Source: Podarcis liolepis (lineage: Eukaryota). Taken from it: 64,000 nucleotides of DNA. Below the pieces are notes generated by a model. It saw only the letters and a list, made by a program, of their open reading frames with translations, did not search any database and was not told the DNA's origin. The position numbers were made by a program, and so were the translations under genes. Shown piece by piece: positions 48,810-62,227 of this stretch; position 1 is the stretch's first letter; every line of letters starts with the position of its first letter. Location: NCBI GenBank assembly GCA_965112155.1, contig OZ218107.1; one strand, written 5' to 3'.

Positions 48810-50681
48810 TCGGCCCTTTTGTTAAAATAAATATGCGGCAATGTTTTTTACAGGATTCAGCATCTTTACAAATTGTTGTTTTTTTAATAGATTTTGGTGG
48901 CTTCGCTGAGAATGAAGTTAATGAAAATTTTTCAAAAAAAAATACACTGGGTGATATCCAACAGTGTCAGTCCGCTTTTGCAAGTGAGTCTTGCTTGTGC
49001 GATAGGACTTGAAACTTCACCATTCTCTCCTCCCCCTGCATGCCCCCAGAATCTGCCCCATAGGATTAGGGGTCCCAGTGGAGCAGCTTGAGGGGGCATG
49101 GGAGGTGGCTACAAGGGAAGGGGAAGTCCTGTCTCATGTTCACTGGTGCAGTGCTGAATATCACTCACTGTTCTCATTGGTGCAACAGATGAGATTTGTG
49201 AATCAGGCTGGATATCTTCTCAAGGCTTAAAGGTCTAAATATTGGCAGCAAAATGTGTTCTCCTATAAGGTTACCCATGACTACTTAAAAAAGAAAACCA
49301 GAATTCTTGGAAATAAAGTCAGATGGCAAGTATTGACTATCCTTATAAAGCAGTTTTTTGGGGGGCCAAAAATAGTACAGGTAGCAAGAAGCTGGAAAAC
49401 ATACACTTGAGCCTCTGAAAGCTGGATTTTTCTAAAAGCAATGTTTTGTAACAATCTGTTCCTCCTTTTGGGATTTCTTTTCTGCATCTAAAGCATTTTC
49501 TCCTCCTGCAAGTCTTGGATACTTTTTTTTCTTTTGCCAGTGAAGCCAAACAAAGAGGAGAAGAATAAATAACTCAGATAAGTAGTTTGATGAAAGTACT
49601 GCTGAGTGGGAAAGTGAAACAGGACCCTTGACAGTAGCTCTTTGTGTGTTCTGAGTCATGGCTGAAGGCGCCCAGGTTTCACTCTTCAAAGCGATCTGTT
49701 TTTAAATCCTTTTGTGAGAGCTGTGCCTTTCTCATAAGGGAACCTGGCATGCATCAGCTCTGATGGTAGGTGGTGTTTTGACCTAGTTGGAGGAGAGTAG
49801 TTCTGGGGAAGCTAACCTAACAAGGTAAAGAGAAGAGAATGCACCATATATGTAGTGTGCAGAATTAAACAACTCGAGAATGAAATGGCTACACTTAAAG
49901 AGTGCTTGAGTTGACATCATACTGGGGAGTAATGCCTGAATCAAATGCATATTGTTTCAGTTTTTCAATGAAATGATGTACAAATGTTCAAGTAAAATAT
50001 TTAGGATTTTGGTATCAAACCAACTCTCTTCGGTGGGCATATATAGCCATCCTTAAGGTTTTGCACATTGTATCCCACTGTCAACCACTCATTCAAATTT
50101 CATGAATGGTTTCTCCTAGTCCCTTCTGGAAAATTCACTATATAGTCACACTGCATTTGTACTTTTATGTAACAGCTATTCCAGAGGTTCCTTCTTATAA
50201 GTGGAGAGGAAATACAGTTTGGGAAGGGGACAATCTTGTAACCAGGAGGAGAGTGTTCCTACAACAGATATAGATAAGTGAAATTTAACTGTCGAGATTC
50301 AATGTAATAGTACTTGTTACATTTTTATCTTGCTATTTGAACACAATCCTGGGGTTTTTTCTGTCTGAATGGTAGTCATGATTGCACTCTACTGTCCAAA
50401 AATCTACTGTGAATTATACATTTCAGACCTTTTTTTGAGGAACTGTAGACTTTGTGTACAAATTAACCATTTTGATCCTGTTGACCAACAGTACATTGAG
50501 TCTTATAGCAAGTGTAAGTGTAATCTGAAATTGGGACTACTTGTTCAATAACGTTACTACTGTGAAAGCAACATACCATAACATGTTAGTTATCAAACTA
50601 TCGTTGCCGCTTTTCAACTGCTGAGCCCCACATTGCTTTCTCTGGTTGTAAGGCTTTTTTTAGCTTGCTCAATGTAACTTA

Positions 50682-50691
50682 AATAAATAAA
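50682..50691 (+). terminator. Distal polyadenylation signal (overlapping AATAAATAAA)
   Basis: tgtaacttaAATAAATAAAtgtgctgtttatctgtct: upstream TGTA, downstream TG/T-rich element. Confidence 0.6.
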
Positions 50692-52567
50692 TGTGCTGTT
50701 TATCTGTCTCTGGATGGGGACTGAAATTTTTGAAAGTATTTATTTTATTTGAAATATATAACTTTATTCTAAATAAGCAACCAGCTTTGCATCTGTTTCT
50801 TAAGAGTTGTGTGTGATGTGTACTGTGTTATTTTTATAATATGGAAACTTGTACAGAATTTCTGTTTGCAGAAGTTTTTTAATGACTTATGAATGCTGAC
50901 TAAATAATGGAGCCACATTCAGGCCCACCACGAGACAGGCAAAGAGGTTACTGGTGTACAAGCTTTCTTTTTTATCAAGTCTCTAGCTCTTCTACAAAGA
51001 AAGTTTACAAAGTAAGTAAGTACTTAGTGATTTCTGTGAGATGAACCAGCCTGGCTGCTGCTGCCTTTCAGTGTTTTACCTTATGAGTGAAGACAGAGCT
51101 ATGACTAACAAGCGAGTTGTTTGGATAGGCAATAGGAGGATTCCTAGAGTCCTAAAGAGCTGCTGTTTTTCCTCTCCTTTACTGCATTTTTCCTGCTTCT
51201 GTCTCATACTCATAGTCCTCTGAATCTGTGTAGTTAGCCATTCCTTCCCCCCTTTCAACCAGGATGCAGTTTTGCTGGGGTGAGTTCGTGAGACATCAGG
51301 TACTCACAATAAGCGATTTTCTGCAAATACTACTGTGGCTGTTAAATAATCTCTACTCACCCAACGGAAAGTGCAAAATGTGAAAACTTTGCAAAGTTGT
51401 TTGGGCATATCTCCTACTTAGCTAAACCACCGGGCACTCACACACTCACTCATTTATTTCATTACACTTCTCCCAAAGCAGCCCAGAATTCACTGCATAG
51501 TTGATCCTACAGTACAATGGTACAGTACACATATATTCACATAAGTACGTCTCTGTGTTTCATGGGCTTATTTTCAGGTAAAGGATTTTCAGGTACAGGA
51601 TTGCGGCCTAGGCTTTGGTTTATGGTTGGCATCAGAGGTAAATTATTATGCTTTTAACAGCTGTGTGGCAGGCCATAATTCAACAGGTTAAGCATTTACT
51701 AGTATGGAAATAGAATTGTGAGGAGTTTCACCTGTTCACATTCCGTCAAACATTTTAGTACAGAAGTTACCACAGATTTATGTTTGGGCTCTCCACTCCT
51801 CTCACAAAACAAGACACAAATTTGCATCTCACGCACAGTGTATTCAGATTTTATGTAAATATTTTATTCTTTTGTGAGTGGGTTGGAGAACTCAATCCAC
51901 ATAATGTTAGACCCAGAAAGTCTGGTGAAGCCTCCGATTCAGGTTTAGCACCAGAACTAATTGAACTCGATGAAAGTTGTTGCACGTGTCTCATGCTGAA
52001 AGGGTCAAATTGACATTCTAGGAACTTAGAACATAGGCAGCTCATTTTTCCAGGTATGTCCCCATACAAGAATTCTTGTGCTGCACCATAACTGGAATAG
52101 AAATTAGAAGATTCCTCCAGCACAGGTGAGCTACATGGATATGGTTACAATATCCATTTGCTCAGCAGACAAGAAGTTGGATTTCTCCAGCTGAGTGTTT
52201 TAACTATTGTAAATATGTCATGCAATATTGTAAACATGCCATGCAAAATGAACTTATAGTGATATGACACCTGTGGGCTCCAGTAATGACTAATTTAGAT
52301 CACTGTTCCTTGGTTTTTCAGCATAATTCTTTTCTGCAGCTGAATTGCTTTTCTTTGTGAATAAAGAGCAAAACTAATTGTGTACTTTAAGACTATAAGG
52401 TAGTTCCAATAGAAAAGGGTAAAACTCATGACAACTTTCACTCAGTTGTCTCTGCATTGACCTCATTTGTGTTTTCTCCATAAGGTGATCATTTTTCCTC
52501 TTGTTCTTTTTTTGCAGTGTTTAGAAATTCTAGCACTTTTCATAGACAACTAGTCTTTGATTTAGGA

Positions 52568-52701
52568 CAAGCTTCCTCAACCTCGGCCCTCCAGATGTTT
52601 TGAAACTACAGTTCCCATCATCCCTGACCACTGGTCCTGCTAGCTAGGGATCATGGGAGTTGTAGGCCAAAAACATCAAGGGCTGAGGTTGAGGAAGCCT
52701 G
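52568..52701. mobile_element. hAT-type MITE, same family as 2865-3000
   Basis: Same TIRs; perfect 8-bp TSD ATTTAGGA on both sides. Confidence 0.92.
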
Positions 52702-54185
52702 ATTTAGGATCATAACAGATAGAATTTATCCAAGTATCATTAATCCAGTAAAAGTCTCACATAAGCTGCTTAATTTGTCATGAATTTTTAAAAACAAAAA
52801 TTCAGTCTCAAAATCAGCAGTGTATTTTCTCTGAAACCACATTCTAGCTTAAGTAATTTGCAAATAAAACACTACAGGCCACAATGCAGAGCATCACAGC
52901 TACAGACATATTCTGTTCGTCTGAATTACTCACACTTTGAAATAAAACTATTGGAGAATCACAGAACAGCAGAGTTGAAAGGACCTGGTGGGGTCATCTA
53001 GTCCAACCTTCTGCAATGTTGGAGGGTATGATTCTAAACTCTTGTAACCTTGGCTTAGTGCCTCTTCCTATATATCTGGGCCACATGTGGGCAATATCCC
53101 ACAATATTGGTTGAGGATGTATTTAATTTCTCCAAATAATGGTCTGATAGAATTTGGAAATATTTCAATTTTGCTGATGTACCACATACCTTTTATTTAT
53201 TATTTAAAAGCCTTTTAAAACCTATATTTCAAGTAGTACAACATAAAAGCAATAAATAATATCTTCTTGATACAAAAATACAATATAAAACCAGCAAGAC
53301 ATACATAAACATATACAAGCAAAAATTCAAACAAAAAAAGGGGCCCAATCATATGGATCAGGGACAGCCTGGGTAAAAAGAGATATTTACAAGACATCTG
53401 AAGCAACTGGTAGTTGTTGCTTCACATATGGCAGAGGGGAGGTTCCTAGTACAGGAACAACAGAAGGAAATGCCTGTTTTGGAGTCATTGTCATACGATG
53501 GTTCACCCCAAACAGAATTTCTTACAGGTGTATATGGGGGCAGGCAGTTTTGCAGGTAATCTTACATTCGTTGACTGTATCAATGTTTGCAGTTAGTCTA
53601 CGATTTTAAGGCCTCGGCTGACGGAATGATCCTTGTCTCCCGTGGCATCATATTCTAAAATCTCTCAGATTTAGTTCCCTTAACATCAGTATGAGATAAA
53701 CTCATTAGACATGCCCATTGAACTTTAGACACCTAAACTATGTCTAAAACAGCAGTAAGCGTCGACCCCACTTATGGTATATAAATTTGTAACTATTGCC
53801 TTGGTTCCAAAGAATTTCATTCACTGGGGCATTTCTGCTTCCTTCTCATGAGGCATCTCATGCTTTCACACTGCTTCTCCTAAGGACCAGGAAACCCCCT
53901 TGTAATGGTTCATTGAGGGGGGCTGTCACTGAGAAGGATTGGGTGGAAATTGGTTGTATCTTATATTCGTCCATTAGCAGAAGTGATCCTTGCAGGAAGC
54001 GTAGGACACTTTATAATGTAAGCCATTTTATCTACCAATAGCAAACTCATTCTCAGAGTGTGAATCATTTTTGCAGATAATTCATGCGGAAGAAGGGCTA
54101 TAAACAGGGTGGCAGGGGAAGCAAAATACTTGAGAAACCCTGAGGAGACCCCAAAAAAGCAAAACAAAACCCAAACAGTGCAGTG

Positions 54186-54537
54186 AGGGTTAGGGTTAGA
54201 AATTCAATTTTGTTTGCATTTTAATGAGAAACTACCTAATTTGTACTTTCCGCACTAGGTTGTGAAGCCGTCCTTTGAAATTTGCATTTCTCTGATTTTT
54301 ACAATGCAGTTCTACAGCCAAATAATGTGTGTATCATGCAGACTTTAGTGAAAGCAACGTACAGCATTTACAAGGTGAAATTGTTGCAGAAATGTGTTCT
54401 GAATTATTGAATTTTTGTGAAGATTTTTTAAAAAAGAAAATTCAGAAATGGCTGTGGAAATGTGGAGACCTGAATCTGAGATGGGGGGAAATGAGAAACT
54501 GAGAGAAACCTAAATTGGCAGATTCGTCCATCCCTAA
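54186..54537. mobile_element. Probable non-autonomous DNA element
   Basis: Ends in gattcgtccatcccta; the left end (agggttagggttagaaattc) looks like a decayed inverse. Confidence 0.35.
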
Positions 54538-55874
54538 TGAGGTCTGAGCATGCTGTGGCCACAGAATGCTGGCTATTGGAGGGGTGGTGGTGGAATGGAG
54601 TATCTTGGAAAGGGGCCTGTGTGGTTGGAACCTTTAAAAAGTAAAATTCCACACTAGAAGACTTCCTTGCTGGACCCACTTGTATTTACTGTGAATCCTA
54701 TGTTAAAAGTGCTTGTGTTAAATTTAGGGTCCAAATGAATTTGACCAATGAATGTTATTTTCACTTAGCATAGCCATTGCCTTACTTATTATTTTTAGTA
54801 AGATATTATGCTTTCCCTTTAATAGTCCCTCTTGAAACATGCCACTTCTGTTTTGTGTACTTTTGTTATCCAGAACTCTTAATTATTTGCCTTGGAATTT
54901 CACATATTTCATCAAACCACCATACTTGGCCATCATTAATCTTGTCTTTATAAGAAGATTCCAGCTAAGTGTGGGCAGGTGCGTTCGCATTTCTGTTCAG
55001 GTGAAAACCATGTTTATTTTTATATGGCTTTGCTAATAACCATTCTTCTCCAGCTCTTAGAATAATTTCACATCTTAGGCATATTCTTGTTTTGCAGAAT
55101 CGTTCTGCTAATTACAAAAAAAAAAAGCATCAGTGGTTTACTTTGATGCTCCAGGTTATGTGTATGATAGTCACCTATAAATTGGTCTTGCACAGCCATG
55201 AATTGGACACAATACACTTAGATGGTGTAGCTGCTCACCAGCAACATCTAGTAACTTTACAGAAGCTTGAACCTGGAGGGTTGTTGTTTGGACTTGTCGG
55301 CTAATTTTAAACATTTGTAGGCTAGACAGGTAACAGATTTTAAGCAAAACTGGAAACATTCCGAGAGTGTGGATAGTTTACTCCTCTTTGATCAGTGGCC
55401 AAGAGTAGTTCATACCACCAACTGTGTTAAGGTGTTACAATGCTCCACCTCCCCATTTCAATCCTGGCAGGGCAGGGACTTAATGTGAGCTTATGACCCA
55501 CAATTCCTGGGAATTCCTTGTTCATGGGGAACAATTGCAATCCCCAATCCCCATTATAATTGGGGATCAGCGAGTTCCAGTGAGTTACCTGCACCTGTTG
55601 GCGTAGGCAGTGACTGGCCCAAGGTCACCCAGTGGGGATTCAAACCTTGGTTTCCCGGGTCATAGTCCAACACTTTAACCATTACACTACACTAACTAAA
55701 CCTAACTTCCATGAGTTTAAAAGCAATCATCCTCAGTGTTTTTTGCCCTGTCAAAGTCAGGTTCAGTCAACGTCAGCTGCCAAATTCATGGATGTGCATC
55801 TCTGTCCCTAGACACTGGAAAATATTGGCACCTGGCCTTAGGTTTCCTAGACATTGCCTACATTTGTGCTACAG

Positions 55875-56010
55875 AAACGGTGACCAACATGGTGCCCTCC
55901 AGATGTTGTGAATTACAATTCCCATCAGTCCCAGCCTGCATGACCAATGCTTGGGAGTGACTGGTGTTGTAGCTCACAACTTCCGGAGGGGGCACCATGT
56001 TGGCGATTTC
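55875..56010. mobile_element. Degenerate hAT MITE (ccctccagat family)
   Basis: ccaacatggtgccctccagatg...ggaggggcaccatgttgg inverted repeat. Confidence 0.7.
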
Positions 56011-57049
56011 TACTATTAATCTCCTCTGAACCAAATCGGTAGCACATACTTAGGACCTACTCTCTGACAAGTTTGGGATCTGTTGGGATGTGTGTATATA
56101 GCAGGCCAGAATGCACTCTGTTATGTGCATGTGTTTGGGATTATTGAAGATGGGGGGATGGGGAAATGTTGACTATTTGCCTTGGAATTGAGGGTGGCAA
56201 GGGAAGATAAACTGGATTTGTAAGGGCGCAGAAACAGAAATTACGATGTGAGAGAAAGAGCAAGAATCTTGAAGGCAGGTATTAACAATATTAACAATTG
56301 TGGCCCCATTCATATGGTGCAATTCAACTTATTTGGATAATTGGCACTTCTACTAAGTTTTAGAGAGCAATTTCCAAATGTTGTAATCGTTCCTCATGGG
56401 GGAGTTGCTCAACCCCCTTGATCACTTTCTGAAGCATTTTGGAACTGCTCTCTCTATTGCAGCACACTTTAGAGAAGACACTGGCAGTTTGATGCTTACA
56501 TCCTACTCTTCCTCTTGTTAAAACCTCAATAGATTCTCTTTATTTTCTTTCCCAGGTCATTTATCATTTGGTGTAAGTGCAGTTCTTCCTTGTCCTGTAT
56601 TTCATATATGGACATAGCTGTATTATGGATATGGGGATCTTATCCTTTGTCTAATGGCAAATGATGTTCCATGAATACAACCCAAATGGCATAATGCAAA
56701 TACTCACCAACCTGGTTGGAGAAGAGATAGGAAAAAACTTTGAAACAAGTTGCTGCAATTTTACATTTGGGGAGAAAGGAGCTATAAACTGGCTAAAAGT
56801 GAAGCGATTTTGAATGCAAGGGCATGATCTGAAAACCTTTCGTAGGGCTAGAAGATTAGCTACTTGTTGTGTGTTTCTGATATGCTCATCCTGTAGATTA
56901 GTGAATAAAACAAACAATAACATTGCCCCAAGTCTCTAGCGCATTCTCATCCAAAGGAAACAAAATACTGTAGTATTACCCTTGAAAATTTTCATCTCTC
57001 AGAAATGTGGGAGCATGTTGAAGGGGGAAAACATGGATATTAATTCAGG

Positions 57050-57720
57050 AGAACTTTATTTTTAAACCTAGATTTTAAATAACATAAACCTTACATCTTT
57101 ATTCAAATTAGTGGGGGTTTTTATTGGTATAACATACAAGTATAAAAAAAGTTTTCAAGTATGTATAATTAGTTTTTACAACAACAACAAAAGGAACGTA
57201 AAAGGAACCATAAAAACTGCTGAGCAAACGAATTATTCTATAAATCACTAACTTGTTTCCAATAGCCTGTATGGATGAATATCTGATTAGTATTTACACT
57301 AGTAAAAATGAAGCAGTCTGTTTACCTTCAAGTACCCTTCCAATGTTAACTTTACCCTGTGGACCAGTTTCCAAATTCTTATAATCTACTTACTTACCCA
57401 CCTTGAGAATAAATTATTTCTTCTAATTGTAACAGATGATTAAATGTATATTTATTGCAAGTATATTGACTTGCTCTGCATCCACTAATCCTACTATATC
57501 TTTGTCATATCCAAATACGTTTATTAAGGGATCTTTTGCAGATTTGTACCCTGTTACCAATTTAGTTTAATTTCCAAATATCTCTATTTTGGTACACAAC
57601 TAAAAAACGTAGTAACAGAAGTTGTAGTAACAAAGATTAACTGCAAAATTATATCGTGTGACTAAAGTACACAGGTGTTTAAATAACAGTTTAAGGAAAC
57701 TTTCTTTTAAACGTGCATAA
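57050..57720 (-). mobile_element. Degenerate L1/Tx1-like LINE remnant
   Basis: AT-rich, ttccaa-rich antisense pattern with a T-rich left end; no intact ORF. Confidence 0.35.
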
Positions 57721-60700
57721 TGTCTGCTGTGGCACTGGTTGCCGTATTCATTCAGAATATTCTGTCTCATTTTTGCTGTTACTTTGATACAAATAATTTG
57801 TATCCATATTCATACATATCTTACGTCTTTACTTAGAAGTTGTTGCTTTTGTTCCTTTTGTCACTACATTTTCAAATTCTGTTGGATCTCTCAGAAATTA
57901 TAATTTAGAAATACTGAAACAGAGGGTGCTATTGTCCCATTTCATTACATATACCGGCAAGTTAAAAATAATGCATAGTGGTGAACACAGTTTTGTTCAC
58001 AAGGAATCCTCTTGCATCTTGGCATGAAAGAGCTGCATTTCCCCCCCGATCTTCTTTTCCTTTTGAAGTTATTGCATGTATGGCAAATAAAAGAAACTAT
58101 GTGATAAATATTAATTGCACTTTTTAATAAAATGAACCGCACATTTACAGAATGTAAACTTCTAGCTCTTATCACAACACAAGAATACATACTGGTTTTT
58201 CATTCACAGTACTTGGTCAGGAATGGTGGGGATCTATAAAATAATAATATTTGAACACAGGCTGTTTTTCCTTCTTCTTTGGCTTACAAATGCTCCATGC
58301 AACAAATGAGTGACACCAGAAATGAATCATTTGAAGCTGTCCTTCCTGACTGTAAAGTCTGTGAAAGGCGCAATGTCATTTTATGATGCAGTTATATACT
58401 GTTTCCCTCTGATCACCTTAGGGTGCCTGCCTGAGTGGTCTCTTGCTTCAGTCTAGGACGAACCTTTCTAGACCTGTGCTGCCTGAACTTCCCTCCTTGT
58501 GGAGGTGGAAGGAGACCATGTGGCGAAAACAGGATGCCTATCTCCCTAACATGTAGGAGGTCTGCGGGCAGTGTTTGCTGGCAAGCTTGGTACAGGCAGG
58601 TATATCTGCAGCAGCAGCAGTTCTCAGATGTTTCATGATCTTAGGTTAACAATTTATGAAGCAGTGAATAGTCTATGGGACTAGCTATGCATTGCTATGG
58701 AACCTGCTGGTGAAGGGTGGGTAATAAATTTAATAACGATGATTAAATCAGTGTAAATTTTGTAGGGTTTTTTCCCCCAGCATGCTTTAGGGAACTTGCA
58801 GTAAAATGGGTACTCTTTTTACTTTGTGCCCAGGTGTTTTTTGGGGGAGGGAGAGAATCATTATATTAGGACCTCTTACTTCAGTTGCATAGCCATTGAT
58901 CTCCTAATGTTAAGTTCGTTTGAAACAAAATTTTGCTGTAAATGCATTGCCATTGCAGTCATGTGTGTACAGAAAGCAGCATACTTCTTTCTGGCAATTC
59001 TCCATTCAGAATGGGCACCCTGAAATTGTCCACAATCTGTACAAAAGAATTGGTGGTGTGAAAAGAGGTGGAAGTGTGCAATTCTTTACAATTTCATGAT
59101 GAATTCATTTAAGGCAAATGTTGTCAAATGACATCTGAGCACTGGAGGAAAGTTTTCCTGCTGAGATGGTGACTCAAGTTTTGAACGGTGCTGTTCCTAA
59201 AGGAGCAGAGTCACCTCATTGAAATCCCATGCTGATGGTTGTCAGCAGAAGGAAGAAGTGAGTACAGGAGTCTTCTGTGTAAGCTGACAGAGTGGTGGAA
59301 CTTGGCCAAGCTGTTTCACATGACTTGCTGCTACAAGATGTTGGACACCAAGCTGAGAATTTTCAGGAATTGTAGGGAAATTATAACGCCTTTCAATGGA
59401 ACCCAGTGGGGTTCTGCCCTGACCACAAGGGCAGATACGGTACTGCCACACCTTCAAAATATCTTCAGCCTGCCCCCTACTTGCCTGTCTTCTTTCCTGC
59501 AAACAGCTGGAGGTGCGATGCCTGGCTGTCAACTTCCTCCTCCTCAATCCCTGTAAAACTCACCATGGAGGAAGATGTGGACAAAGCCAGAATTAGTTGG
59601 CTCTGCCTGCCATTTGCTCTAGTTCCACCTGCTGCTAGGATCCTGGACCCTACCAGTCCGATCCTGCCACAGATATTTCCTGTGATAAAAGGAGTGAGGA
59701 TCCAGTGTTTTTTTGTCTCTCCCTTTTTTAACCTTGGATCCCCAGATATTGCTGGGCTGTAACTCCCATCATTCTCAGCCAATGGTCAGAGATAAAAGAA
59801 GTTGTGCTGCATCATAATCTGGGGACTATTTTAAACATTTGATGAACCTATGCTGCTGTTGCATGAATATATATTTTTCATAAATAGTTTGGACTGCTTT
59901 AGTTATATGTGCTTTCTTTTAAAGCTTGTTCCCTTTTCTTCTACTCTTCTACTGATTTAAATAAACATGATCTTTCTATTTTGAACTCTGATATTTTGCC
60001 CAGCTGCAGGAGCTGCTCATGTTAATGTTACCCAACAAATTTGCTTTCCCACCCTCCAAACCTTCAAGGAGAGATGCTGGGAATTGAAGATTGGGCTCTG
60101 GCTACTTGTAACAAGTCAGGGATTTGGGGTAGTATCAGCTCAGATCAGTATATAGCTCAGATCATTATAACTACTCTAAGTCTGGATCTCTACACCACCT
60201 TTCCTTTTAGTCTATCAAGGACTAAATATAAGAAGCAGTGCCTCCCAGCTTGCCCCACCTCACAGTATTGGTGTGAGTGAGCTCTTTGTCATGCCCCACA
60301 AGCAGATTGCATCTGGGTCCCCTAGTATTACTGTTCTTGGTGTAGTGAGTCTCTGAAGATGAACACCAGTTCAGCCTTTTTAGCTGGCAAGACACTCAGG
60401 TAGGCTAACTACACTACAGTTTTAAGTTTTAAAAACTTATATAATGAGCTGAAAATAACAAATCTTAATCTAAACCCTGCATGCATCATGGTGGCCAAAG
60501 GAAGCCGCTGTTGCGATCACTTTTTTCTTAGTGTCAAAGCCCTTGTTCTTTCAGAAAATGATTTTGCGGTGAAGTTTACCCAACTTAGCATGGAAATGGA
60601 AAATATAAATGTTAATTCGATTTAACACATAATGGACATAGAATTTCAGTGGGGGGTGGGATTGCCACTCCCTCTCCCCAATCCCTGTTTGCAAACTTCT

Positions 60701-61258
60701 GCGCCAAGAACTAAAGAGCTGGTGCTTTTTCTGGGGGGAAACTGGTCCTGGTGAATTTCTGCCTTATAATTCTAGACTGGACAGCCACATTGTTAAGCTC
60801 AATGGCACAGCAACCGCTTTGCATGCAAGAGATTCCAGGCTCTTCCCACATATCAGAAGTGCGTTGTGGTGGCGTTGTTTGCATGCTTAAGGCAAAGAGA
60901 AAAGAAAGCCCTGCACATCCGTGATACCATACCTTTTAACTTCTCCAGCTTCCTCTGCATGTAGACATAGATGTGGATGTGCACATATATGCATAGGTGC
61001 GTCTGCATTTCCCCAGCAGGGAGCTGAGAAAAAGTTGCCCCCCTTCCCAGATCCATGAAGTACGATTTTTCTGAACTTCTTAACTGACCTAACGTCACTC
61101 TCACCTGCTCCTCAGGCCGAAGCGCACCCGCCAGAGACCCCCTTTAGTCGGGGCCTACAACTCTTCGCTTCTCTCCGTAGTTCTAAGTGACGTTGCCCTT
61201 GCCCTTTCCTCTTTGCGTTCTTCTCCCCCCATTGCGAAAGTTCCGCGACGCGCGCGCC

Positions 61259-61271
61259 GTCACTAGGCAAC
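61259..61271 (+). promoter_or_regulatory. RFX X-box (GTCACTAGGCAAC)
   Basis: Imperfect palindrome with an exact GGCAAC half site in the promoter of a basal-body gene. Confidence 0.65.
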
Positions 61272-61547
61272 CGCCTCCGCTTCCTCGGAGAAAGCCGGCC
61301 CCTTTAAGGGATCGTCGAACGCCGATGGCATGGATGGGCGAGCTCGGCTTCGAAAAGAGGCCGAGCGGCGCTTCTTCGCTCTCCTCCTCCTTCCTCCTCC
61401 CTTCCCCGCCTCGAGCGCCCGCCTATCTCCGCGGGTGAGGCTGGGCCAGCCTTGGGTCGGGACTCGACTGATATGGTCTGGAGAGCGGGGATTTTGACAG
61501 GGCCGCGGAAGGTGGTTGGCCGGGAGAGCGGAGGCCCCGGGAGGCCG

Positions 61548-61565
61548 ATGGCGGCGGCGGCGCTG
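61548..61565 (+). CDS. POC1B: POC1B coding exon 1 (MAAAAL)
   Basis: gccgATGG start in the CpG island, CTG|gtagga donor, phase 0; POC1 genes have a 5-6 codon first exon. Confidence 0.75.
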
Positions 61566-62227
61566 GTAGGAGAGTCTAGGGCGGGTCCCTTGGGCAGCCG
61601 GCAGCGACGCTGGCCATTCAGGGCGCGGCTCCTCTTCCCCGTCGTTGTTTCCCTTGTCGCGGGGAGTTCCGTCGGCGGGTGTAGTGAACGAGGCGCGGGG
61701 GCTCACGGGAAGCCCCGGGTTCGATCCCCGCCCCGCGATGTTAGCAGAGCTGCTGGCTGCGATGAGCTGGGAGGGAAAATCCTTTGTGCTTCCTTCGTGG
61801 CTTGTAGGAGGTGCAGCATGGAGACGCATACAAAGATCTCCAGCCATTGAAAACACAGCATTAAGATAAATTCAACAGTGTAAATAAATTGTGATGGATG
61901 TAATAATGGAATACTGAATGATTTAGTTTATGTAAAATGCGCAGGGATTTATGATTTGTAAAATGAACCGTGGAAAGAGAAGTCGTTGATATTTTAAGGA
62001 TGTTTAAATGAGTATTCTAAATTGTAAAACAGAAAATTTAATAAAAATTATATATATAAATGCGAGCGACCTTGTGAAAGAAGTGGTGCCTGCTTCAGCT
62101 GCTAGCTTGGGGTAGGAGTTGCACCAAAAGGAAGGAGCGCCTAGCCCTTGATGGATGGCTGTTCCCCACCCACCCACCTCGTTCGCCCTCTGGCTTCCTC
62201 CATGCTTCCCTTAAAGAAGTGAACACA

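Larger units (their letters stand above)
47708..50710 (+). other. ATP2B1: ATP2B1 3'UTR (approximate end)
   Basis: AT-rich, largely repeat-poor sequence after the stop, ending at tandem AATAAA (50682-50691) followed by GT/T-rich sequence. Confidence 0.6.
61110..61800. promoter_or_regulatory. CpG island / POC1B promoter and first exon
   Basis: Only strongly GC- and CpG-rich segment of the window; contains CRE-like half sites (TGACG at 61188), a CGCG run and an X-box. Confidence 0.9.

Noticed and set aside
52205-52246. 21-bp tandem duplication (tattgtaaayatgycatgcaa x2); similar short duplications at ~26951-26995 and ~36257-36282
   Set aside because: Ordinary slippage products with no sign of function.
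54186-54199. AGGGTTAGGGTTAG telomere-like sequence
   Set aside because: Only about two units; chance or the decayed end of a repeat.
59239-59782. Cluster of overlapping ~100-aa ORFs in intergenic DNA
   Set aside because: No recognisable domain, no coherent exon structure, partly overlapping a MITE remnant.
61187-61869. Long ORFs on both strands in the CpG island (up to 197 aa)
   Set aside because: Pro/Arg/Gly/Ala-rich with no recognisable domain; expected from stop-codon scarcity in GC-rich DNA.
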